Source: Octopus vulgaris (Eukaryota). Taken from it: a stretch of 64,000 bases of DNA. Of this stretch, positions 52,896-64,000 are shown one piece after another. The notes under the pieces are model-generated. The model did no database searches. It saw only the letters and a list, made by a program, of their open reading frames with translations, and was not told the origin of the DNA. The first letter of the stretch is position 1; every line of letters starts with the position of its first letter. The stretch spans positions 11,532,001 to 11,596,000 of the forward strand of contig OX597837.1 in NCBI GenBank assembly GCA_951406725.2. Reading direction: 5' to 3'. The position numbers and the translations under genes are program-made.

Positions 52896-53485
52896 GGCGG
52901 TGAGCTGGCAGAATCGTTAGCACGCCGGGCGAAATGCTAAACGGTATTTCGACTGTCGAAATGTTCTGAGTTCAAATTCCGCCGAAGTCGACTTTGCCTT
53001 TCATCCTTTCGGGGGTCGATAAATTAAGCAACAGTTACGCACTGGGGTCGATGTAATCGACTTAATACCTATGTCTGTCTTTGTTTGTCCCCTCTATGTT
53101 TAGCCCCTTGTGGGTAATAAAGAAATAGGTATTTCGACTGTCGAAATGTTCTGAGTTCAAATTCCGCCGAAGTCGACTTTGCCTTTCATCCTTTCGGGGG
53201 TCGATAAATTAAGCAACAGTTACGCACTGGCGTCGATGTAATCGACTTAATACCTATGTCTGTCTTTGTTTGTCCCCTCTATGTTTAGCCCCTTGTGGGT
53301 AATAAAGAAATAGGTATTTCGACTGTCGAAATGTTCTGAGTTCAAATTCCGCCGAAGTCGACTTTGCCTTTCATCCTTTCGGGGTCGATAAATTAAGTAC
53401 CAGTGAAACCATGACGTGACGTCGATGTAATCGTCTAGACACCTTCCACAAATTTCAGGCCTTGTGCCTATTGTAGAAAGGATTT
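52896..53485 (+). mobile_element. Family B SINE trimer (185-bp internal tandem unit)
   Basis: GGTATTTCGACTGTCGAAATGTTCTGAG starts at 52943, 53128 and 53313. Confidence 0.9.
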
Positions 53486-54051
53486 AATTTGACGCTCAGT
53501 GAGTGATGAAAGCAGAAGTGTCATGAATATTTTGAGCGCAAGCTCTTCTTCAGACAGTTCCATAGAAGAAGAAAAAAATGAAGAAAAAGTAAAGAAAAAT
53601 ATAACCAACGGGGAATTTATAAGTTGTTGTGTATTATGTATATTGAAAATGGTGGAGGAGAATGAGCGGAGGAAACGCAGAACAAATGAGGCTCCGAAAG
53701 TACAGACGAAGTAACAAGCTATGTATATATTATGTGTTATGTAGTTTTAGTCTGTCTTTGAGAACTTAGTGAGTATGAGTGTATGGGTGTATGAACTGTT
53801 TGTGTGCGTGTGTATACGTATAGGTATTTTCAAACGTCTGAATTATGCATAAACCTTCTGTTTTCAGTATAGTCATTTTAAATTCATATGTATGTGTGTA
53901 TTTATGTATGTGCGTATGTATGTATGTATGTATGTATGTATGTATGTATGTATGTATGTATGTATGCATGTATGTATGTATGCATGTATGTATGCATGTA
54001 TTTATGTATGTATGTATGTATGTATGTATGTATGTATGTGTGTGTGTTTGA

Positions 54052-54222
54052 GGCGCAGGAGTGGCTGTGCGGTAAGTAGCTTGCTAACCAACCACATAGT
54101 TCCGGGTTCAGTCCCACTGCGTGGCATCTTGGGCATGTATCTTCTACTATAGCCTCGGGGCGACCAAAGCCTTGTGAGTGGATTTGGTAGACGGAAACTG
54201 AAAGAAGCCTGTCGTATATATG

Positions 54223-54257
<35 letters not shown>

Positions 54258-54471
54258 ATGTGTGTTTGTCCCCCTAGCATTGCTTGACAACCGATGCTGG
54301 TGTGTTTATGTCCCCGTCACTTAGCGGTTCGGGAAAACAGACCGATAGAATAAGTTCTGGGCTTACAAAGAATAAGTCCCGGTGTCGATTTGCTCGACTA
54401 AAGGCGGTGCTCCAGCATGGCCACAGTCAAATGACTGAAACAAGTAAAAGAGTAAAAGAGTAAAGAGAGTA
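54052..54471 (+). mobile_element. tRNA-derived SINE, family A (full length)
   Basis: Head, internal microsatellite and (GAGTAAAA)n tail all present. Confidence 0.9.
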
Positions 54472-54489
54472 TGTGTGTATAGTTCAAAT

Positions 54490-54665
54490 TTACCGAAAAC
54501 AAAAATAAAAGGCAAAGACAAGTGAGGAAACAACAAACAAGTGTATTAGTTTGACGCTCGGGAATAATGGAGAAGTCTTCGACGTTTCCAGTCTACGTTC
54601 TTCGACAGAAATGATTGAAAGGAAAATAAATGGAGGACGAAAACATAATAGAAAGAGAAGAAAAT
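54490..54665 (-). mobile_element. Decayed hammerhead-bearing short element related to 35660-35840
   Basis: Minus strand TTT-CTGTCGA-A-GAACGTAGACTG-GAAAC-GTC-GAAG at about 54575-54611; stem II broken. Confidence 0.5.
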
Positions 54666-54978
54666 TATATATATATGTGTGTGTAGGAGGTGCACAGCAG
54701 CAGCAGGAGTAGCAGCAGGAGGTGCAAGAGAAGCAGGAGGAGGGCAGTGGTGATGATAGTGGTGTTGGCAATGGTGGAGGTGATGATGATGGTGGTGCGG
54801 CGACGGCGGCGGCGGCGGCGGTATTGACGATGTTGATGATGGTGATGCTTGTGGTGATGGTAATGACCATGACGACCACGACGACGCTGTTGACGACGAT
54901 GACGATGAGACACCGATGATGTTGGTGTTCATGGTGAAAATGGTGATCATTATAGTGAAGATGGCGGTGATGATGATT

Positions 54979-55027
<49 letters not shown>

Positions 55028-55207
55028 GGAGGAGGAGGAGGAGGAGGAGGAGGAGGAGGAGGATGGTGATGATGATGAATATAATGGTTTTAAATTAATG
55101 ACAATGGAACTACTTAGATGTTGAGTAGGGCTTGATGGGATAAATTTATTATGGGTCTTAGTTTCATATTTGGTGAACTTACCATTTTGATGTAATTCAC
55201 TGTTTGT

Positions 55208-55259
<52 letters not shown>

Positions 55260-55443
55260 GGTCTCTTTCGATGTCACTCTTTCCCTCCATACCGAATTTC
55301 CTTTGAGTGCGTTTTCAGAAGAGCATAGAAGAGGCTGGTTATTCTTTAAATCCCAGTTAAGTAGCATCATTCTTTATCTCTTGTCGCCGATGATTTTTTT
55401 TTAATCATTATTTATTGAGTTGTCGCATTTAAAAGAATTTCAC

Positions 55444-55887
55444 TATTTGTTCAAGTCTGAAAAGAAAACCAGCAACTTCTATGGTCTCCTGGAAATGCGC
55501 AAATCAAAGGAAATTTGAGATGCAATGAAGAAACAAAACATTAAATACTTCAGGATTAATAGTCTGCTAAATTTTAAGTATTGCTACTGTAAGTTACTGA
55601 ATAGGAAAATACAATAAAACAATTCCTAATAGATTTTGTCAAGGGTTTATCAAGGGTTCGTTTTGGATTCTGCTAAGTGTATTCTAGAAAATAACACAAT
55701 CTATTCCGATGGAAAATTTTTAATCCAAATTCAAGGAAACGCCATGGTGACGAAAGTTGCACCAACTTATGAATTTATTGTTATAGATTTGTGAGGTAAA
55801 ATCTACCGCAAAAGGCCAAGGCTAAATTCAGTACTGACTTTGCCTGAGTCATCGTGGAAACGGTACCTAGAATATTGTTTTATCATA
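55444..55887 (+). pseudogene. Old decayed Penelope-like RT from a second lineage
   Basis: KTSNFYGLLEMRKSKEI (cf. FYGLPKIHK), ILENNTIYSDGKFLIQIQGNAMVTKVAPTY (cf. Q..GTAMG..AP.YA), WKRYLEYCFII (cf. RYLDDCFII); stops and frameshifts. Confidence 0.75.
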
Positions 55888-56060
55888 TCATATGTGCCAG
55901 AACAATTTTCAATGTTGGTAACACATGGGTGTAGCATTCCCATGAAAGGCAAGTATCTATGAATTAGAATATCTGAATATGCTAATAATTAGGAACGGAG
56001 CCAGAAGAAAAGCTCATCAGAATTCTCTGTACTTTATTTGTTGTATATATAATATATATA

Positions 56061-56292
56061 TATTTCTTTACTACCCACAAGGGGCTAAACATAGAGGGGA
56101 CAAACAAGGACAGACAAAGAGATTAAGTCGATTACATCGACCCCAGTGCTAAACTGATACTTTATCTATCGACCCCCGAAAGGATGAAAGGCAAAGTCGA
56201 CCTCGGCGGAATTGGAACTCAGAACGTAACGACAGACGAAATGCCGCTAAGCATTTCGCCCGGGGCGCTATCGTTTCTGCCAGCTCGCCGCC
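56061..56292 (-). mobile_element. Family B SINE (head plus one unit)
   Basis: Reverse complement of 49014-49245. Confidence 0.85.
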
Positions 56293-56738
56293 TTATATAT
56301 AATATATATATGTAAACATATAGATACATGCACACACGCACACATATACACATACAATTACATGTAATTATATACATGTATGTGTATGTGTGTGTAAGTG
56401 TGCGTGCGTACAAGAGTAGAATGAAACAAGATTTAGGTTTAATTTTTTTATTATAACTTCATAAATTACGATATAATGCTTGGCGGCATTTCGTCCGTGT
56501 GTATAGCCAAGATATTAAAAATAAGAATGAAGAACTATACAGCCTCAGAAAGTAATTTATCACACTGTTATATATACAATACAATTACTTTAAATCTCTA
56601 TCCTACACGCGTTCCTTCGCGTTATACAGCTCTCTATCTCTCTCCCTCCCTCATTCCTTCTTTCTTTCTTTCTTTCTATCTCTCTCTCTATATATATATG
56701 TGTTTGTGTCTGTGTGCATATATATATGTATGTATGTA

Positions 56739-56796
<58 letters not shown>

Positions 56797-56874
56797 ATTT
56801 TATATTTTATATTTTCTTTCTGTAACATATTTCTACTATATATATATATATATATATTAATATATATATGTATG

Positions 56875-56908
<34 letters not shown>

Positions 56909-56910
56909 TG

Positions 56911-56941
<31 letters not shown>

Positions 56942-57632
56942 GTATGTATGTATGTATGTATGTATAAACGTTATGCTCGTACATCACAACGAATATCTCT
57001 TCTAAGAGGTTAAACCGGTATATAATTACATACTTAGAAACAATTAACTATGTCCTTTTGTATTTATTTGCTCCAGAGTGTTTGATAATGTTTTGTTTTT
57101 AAATGATTTCAATGAAAAAAAATGTATTATGTCATATGCAATCTGGCAATAATCTCATTGTAATAATGTCATTTGAATATGATATGATATTTTAGAACAT
57201 GTAATATTATATTTTCGAAATAATTTGATTGCGACAATTTGTTTGTGATTAGATATTCTTAATTTTTACAATGGTTTGATTGTAATCACAGACTTTAGAA
57301 TTAGTTAACTGCAGTGTAAAAGGAATGACGTATTTCTTCTTTTCATTGTTATTTTTCCTTATAAGGCGGTGAGCTAGGATAAAAGTGACTGCGATGGACA
57401 AAATGTTTAACGGCAGTTCGTCTTTCTTTAAGTTCTGAGTTCAAATTCTTCCGAAGTTGACTTCGTCTTTTATTCTTTCAGGGTCAAGCACTGAGATCGA
57501 TAGAATTGACTTCCATCTCCCCCGAAATTTGGGAATTAGGTATTAGAGAGAACGATTGAAAGAGAGAGAGAGAGAGAGAGAGAGATGAGACACGTGTTAT
57601 TTGTCTCTAAATAATTTGTTAATTGTTATGGC

Positions 57633-57705
57633 ACGGTTACTGATGAAGATTCGCCTAGCAAATTATTTTATTTGCTGAAGAAATCTGAAACCTAGGTATA
57701 ACCGT
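57633..57705 (+). ncRNA. Type I hammerhead ribozyme motif (best-formed in the window)
   Basis: ACGGTTA-CTGATGA-AGATT..TAGCAAAT(TATTTT)ATTTGCTG..AATCT-GAAAC-CTAG-GTA-TAACCGT; predicted cut after 57698. Confidence 0.88.
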
Positions 57706-57920
57706 AAAAAATAACAAGGTAAAAGTTTTTATTTTTCATTCCCTTCGAAAATTGCTCTTAAATGTGGTTTTGGTCGTTTTGACTGCTTCTTCTAGCGTTT
57801 ATATATGTATATAATCTGAAATTACTAAGGCTACAACCGCTATCAATCAACATTACCAAAACGCACATATCTGAGTGTCATTGGTCGACCAACACGGTGG
57901 AATGTAGCTTCTTTTGGAAA

Positions 57921-58032
57921 TTATCCCCTGATGAAATATTTAATTAACCAGTTTCAATATTAAATTTTTTAATTAATCTAATCTAATTTCTCTAATTGAA
58001 TTAATTGGATATGGAAACGGCTGTAAGGATAA
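57921..58032 (+). ncRNA. Type I hammerhead ribozyme motif
   Basis: TTATCCC-CTGATGA-A-ATATTTAATTAA...TTAATTGGATAT-G-GAAAC-GGCT-GTA-AGGATAA; core-proximal pairs mismatched. Confidence 0.7.
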
Positions 58033-58133
58033 GAATTTCATATTATATTGATTTGAATATCTTTGAATAAACTGGTTCTATGCGTCGTCAATTTCTTCAT
58101 TTTCTTCTTTTTCTCATATACATATATATATAT

Positions 58134-58754
<621 letters not shown>

Positions 58755-59732
58755 GGAATATTTTCCCATGGTCAGGCATGTTTTTGGGTTTTTTTTTTTG
58801 TATGGAAGACTGGAAACCAGCAACATTACTTGTGTGATGGAGATGATTTTTTTACTGTCATGCAAATACCAAGATCAGACAGGTATACACACAAACACAA
58901 CATAAATGCATGCAGCTTTCAGTTTCCTTCTATCAAATCCCCTCAAGGCGATCCCTGCTGTAGCCTTTCGCCATAACTTTCTCTCAATCTTTTTTTTTTT
59001 TGGCCTGCTCGCTTAGCCAGCAGGGTGGCGTCATTTGAAGGCTAAAACAATGCGTTTCGCATTGTGACCAGCGATAGCCTGGTCGGTCACGGTGATCACG
59101 GTGATATATATATATATATATACTGAAGAAATTCGCTTTCATCAATCATACTTCATGATTTGCTGTTAACGAATGGAGGTACGTATTAACTACCCAAGTT
59201 GACACAGATAGTAGCTTTTATATGTGGCACCAGTAAAAAACCGGAAACTTTGAAGTTCCTTAATGCCTTCAAAAGGATCATACTTCACGCCCCTAATTTG
59301 TTCTACCTGCAGGTACCCCCTTTGAATGCCTATGGATGTTTATCATATTGCGGAGCACCGTTCCAAAACATTAGGCAGTTTGGCCATTATACTTATTTGA
59401 TGTTTGCAGCGATGCGTTCAGATATGCTTCGTTCGGTTATTTCATTAAGTTGAGATATGTGATCACATTTATGAATAAGCATGCATATGTGTGTGCGTGT
59501 GTGTGTACGTGTGTGTGCGCACGCACAACTGTGTGCATGTATATATATATATATATATATGTATATGTATATATATATATATGTGTGTATGTATATATAT
59601 ATATATGTATATATATATACACACATATATATATATATATATATACATGTATGTATATAACATTTGTGTGTATATATATGTATGCATATGTATGCACCAA
59701 TACATGTGTGTGCATATGAATGTGTGTGTGCG

Positions 59733-59807
<75 letters not shown>

Positions 59808-59923
59808 GTATGTAAGTAGATAGATAGATAAATAGATAGATAGGTAAATAAATGGATAGAGAGATAGACAGACAGATCAATCGATCGCTAGATAGATAGA
59901 CATACAGACAGATAGATAGATAA

Positions 59924-59987
<64 letters not shown>

Positions 59988-60067
59988 GTAAATAAATGGA
60001 TAGAGAGATAGACAGACAGATCAATCGATCGCTAGATAGATAGACATACAGACAGATAGATAGATAA

Positions 60068-60154
<87 letters not shown>

Positions 60155-60457
60155 TGTTTCTTTATTAGCCACACAGGGCTGCACACAGACAAGACAAATT
60201 ACAAGGTAGAGCTTTTCTTTTGGGGGTAAAAAAAGGAGGTTTGGTTTTCGATCGAAAGGGATCGTAAAAGGAAAGAAAGAGGACAAAAAAGGGGGGGATA
60301 AAATTTTTAAAAAAAAAATTTCTGCAATTTCAACCAATCGATGACGTCTATTGAGATTAAAACATTCTGTGCCGTATGAATATGTCCCTCGTTTAAGAAA
60401 CAAATTGAGTTTATTTACATTTCTGAAGAAAAAAAAAAGATACCCTTCCCCCCACCA

Positions 60458-60495
60458 CTAACCCTAACCCTAACCCTAACTAACCCTAACTCTAA
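60458..60495. repeat. Short interstitial telomere-type repeat (CCCTAA)n
   Basis: CTAACCCTAACCCTAACCCTAACTAACCCTAACTCTAA. Confidence 0.75.
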
Positions 60496-61151
60496 AACAG
60501 ATTGAAATGCAATAGATCGATACTAGGGTCGTAATTATGGGTGACAATTTTATGACACCGCTAGAAAAAACTGCCGTTCAAACCGAAAAGATCCCCGTAT
60601 AACAACAATAAGCTATGTAACAAGAGTTGGATATCCTATTACAACCGTTTGCACAATAAAATTCCAATACTCCAACGCAGAATCAATAACAAGACAAATG
60701 TTGTCACAGTTCTCTTTCTTTATTATAGTCACAATGGCTCAAAATAGAGGGGACACAAACAAGGACAAACAGGATACCACAGAGGGGACAATATGTAAAA
60801 CGAATATGAATGAGATGATTATATAATAATGAGATTCTGAATGGTTGCATGCGCCCCTCATCACATGCGGTACCATTAATCTTGTTTACAGTCCATTATT
60901 ATCGGGTATTTACATAGCAATTAATTAACATGCAACATACCATTGCAAGTCGCTAATCTGTATATTCTCCAGCGGCCCACATCGGATTACGCTCTCACAG
61001 TTCTCCCTCAACTCTCTACTGGCTGATCTATTTATAAGACGCGTCCAGTCCATTGGCAGCTACGTGCAGGGGTGTCAGTTCACTCCACAATATCAGGGAA
61101 GTAGAGCAGAGGGAAAAATCCCACGAAAGAGATACATTTCGAATCAGCAGG

Positions 61152-61209
<58 letters not shown>

Positions 61210-61335
61210 GAGGGGAGAGAGAGAAGAAGAGAAAGAATAATGATAGAGAGATAGCTATACAGAGAGAGATAATGACAGGGATAGAGGAAGGAGAATGAGA
61301 GAAAGAGAGCTAGCGAGAGGTAATGATATAGATAA

Positions 61336-61367
<32 letters not shown>

Positions 61368-61369
61368 AT

Positions 61370-61431
<62 letters not shown>

Positions 61432-61444
61432 TGATTGATTGATT

Positions 61445-61529
<85 letters not shown>

Positions 61530-62327
61530 CGAGAGAGTGGAGATAGACAGAGAAATGGAGAGATAGACAGAGGGAGATAACTTGATATAATTTTCGCATG
61601 AGTGCAATCACAATAGAATAATTATCAAACAGACCCCTAACGATAAATGGAATGTAGTTTTAATTAAACAATGGTAGATATTAAAGTAATGTATGACTGT
61701 CTGACGACTGTCTTGAAATCACTCCAGAAGCAAACCAGTATTAATGGAAATGTCAAGATCACGATTTAACGCCGAGTGGATTCGCCAAAATTGATTTTCT
61801 CACCGAAACACAACTACGCAGCCCATGCTTTATAAAGGAGATGCAATTAGAGAGCGTAACCTTCAAGCTGTTTTTATAGCTCACAATCGAAAATGGTTCA
61901 CTTGAAAAATGGTGATAAGTTGGAAATATAACTCGAGAAATATTTCACTGGAAAATCGAAAACTGTTACCAGGCAGCTAAACCTACTTTTATCTCATCAT
62001 TCTTTGGTTGTTTTTCTTATTGTTTTTTTTTTGTCTCTTCACGTGACTATTGCTTCTATTTTGTGATGCAGTGTGCTGTGTGCTTTAAAATGCTAGCATC
62101 CAAACTGAGTTATAATTTTAGGGAGAAACGCATCTCAAAATCCGTACCTATGGGATTGCGTGATATGCTTGAAAAAAGATTTTTAGGGTGTACATTTTTA
62201 TGAACTCATAAGCAACTACTGACCGGTTATATATACATATAAAGTTAATCCAAACAAGAAAGCACAAAAAAACACAACAACGCAAGGACGTGGAACAAAT
62301 ATAGTATTATTGGACGCTCAGGAAAGA

Positions 62328-62407
<80 letters not shown>

Positions 62408-62560
62408 TTTCAACAATTGAGGGTAAAATTAATTAATTATTAATCAATTTCACCAAGTATTCAGTATGTAAAGGGACCATTTAAGGCGAATTCAAAATAT
62501 TACATTATATAAAATTACATTATATAAAATATTACGTTATATAAAATATTTACTAAGCCC

Positions 62561-62633
<73 letters not shown>

Positions 62634-62655
62634 CACACACACATATATATATATA

Positions 62656-62829
62656 CCGGAGTAAACACATAAATGTGAAACAAGGTGGAAAAAGAGTACT
62701 CAAATACCAGTGGTAGAGTAATATGCTTTATTTAAAGCAGCAGAGAATTCAACAAAACCTGTTACTCAGAGTTTTACGTGAAACTCAGAGTAACAGGTTT
62801 TGTTGAATTTTCTGCTGCTTTAAATAAAG
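62656..62829. mobile_element. Second copy of the 2893-3121 foldback element with a shortened palindrome
   Basis: Same left end and same right terminus CTGCTTTAAATAAAG|(TA)n; palindrome 62726-62829 lacks the central hammerhead cores. Confidence 0.85.
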
Positions 62830-62984
62830 TATATATATATATATATTTGGTCAAGACTATTGAAAAGTTGCAAGACGCAACGAAAATTTTAGGAAAATAA
62901 AAATAAGAAATAAATGGAAATTATACCGGTGAGTGTGTTACATTATAAGGCACAAAAAGAAAATGACTCTCCCCAGACACAACA

Positions 62985-63053
<69 letters not shown>

Positions 63054-63391
63054 TATACACATACACATACATGGATATTTATATATTACATATATACATG
63101 CATGCATACATTCATACATACATGCATACATACATACATACATACATACATACATACATACATACATACATACATACATACATACATACATACATGCATA
63201 CATACATGCATACATACATACACACACATGCATACATACATACATATACATACAACGTAATTAACTGTGCCTGAAAGATTGCTTGGAGATACATGTTATC
63301 TAAATCTGTCAATTTAATGTACCTTAATGCATGGAACTATTAGTAGCTCTTTTCTAATAGTTTATATGCGTATTTGAGTTTTGAGTGTATG

Positions 63392-63451
<60 letters not shown>

Positions 63452-63452
63452 C

Positions 63453-63530
<78 letters not shown>

Positions 63531-64000
63531 GAAGGCATTTATGTGTCTACTTGTGATTAAGGTCTCACATTTTCTGTCAACTTGTATTTGCCCCGCCGCC
63601 TGTTTTTATATGTGTGTATGCATATGCATTTGTGTACATGAGTTCGTGTGTATGCGTTTGTGTCTTTGTGTGAGTGTGTGTGGGCGTAGATAAACAAGAA
63701 ATGCGTGTGTCGAGTAGATAAGCTGGCAGCCTTTCTAAATATGAAGTCTGGAATCATTACTTTTAATGCTGAGAGTATTGATTCGAGATTTAATCAACGA
63801 CCGTTAATGGCAAATGTGTGGAGGAATTTCCGTAAAATTTGTTACTAAATTTTCTCATTAAGATTTATTAGACGTTATATATTTGAATGCATATAGGCGG
63901 CTATGTGTGTATGGGTGTGGGTGTGCGTATATATATATATATATATATATATACTGTATATATTTCTATGTATATATATATATATAACTGTATATATATC

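Noticed and set aside
52943-53400. CRISPR-like regular repeats
   Set aside because: Whole 185-bp units are repeated with no unique spacers; eukaryotic SINE context and no cas genes
53499-53714. 71-aa acidic/basic ORF
   Set aside because: No recognisable domain, GTG start and no convincing splice signals
54690-55080. GC-richer low-complexity ORFs (poly-A, P, H, M, R)
   Set aside because: Compound trinucleotide microsatellite (CAG, GAT, GGC, GAG); open in several frames by composition
59120-59190. CTGAAGA followed by an ATTCG/CGAAT stem and GTACGTA
   Set aside because: GAAA strand is degenerate and stem I is absent

Overview
Eukaryotic, AT-rich, microsatellite-saturated DNA that is almost certainly intronic or intergenic. 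The SINE families and repeat texture resemble an octopus (coleoid cephalopod) genome; this is recognition from memory, not verified. I find no intact host gene, and most listed ORFs are translations of (TA)n, (CA)n or (GATA)n. The real content is mobile DNA: (1) a 5'-truncated Penelope-like retroelement with RT and a C-terminal GIY-YIG endonuclease, carrying a ~550-bp inverted terminal duplication (21062-23253), plus fragments of this and a second Penelope lineage; (2) R4/Dong-type LINE 3' ends sitting in (TAA)n, RTE LINE fragments in (TA)n and a CR1-like relic; (3) three non-autonomous Helitrons, a mariner-type MITE and many tRNA-derived SINEs. The main hidden signal is about 17 type I hammerhead-ribozyme motifs, intact or decayed, from at least 8 sequence-distinct short elements. 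Nearly all have a self-complementary stem III, most lie in or near simple repeats, and several are arranged as tandem or inverted pairs. One element joins a tRNA-derived Pol III head to two tandem hammerheads 259 nt apart (42811-43905), which is the architecture of a non-autonomous 'retrozyme'. All RNA structures were folded by eye; activity is untested.
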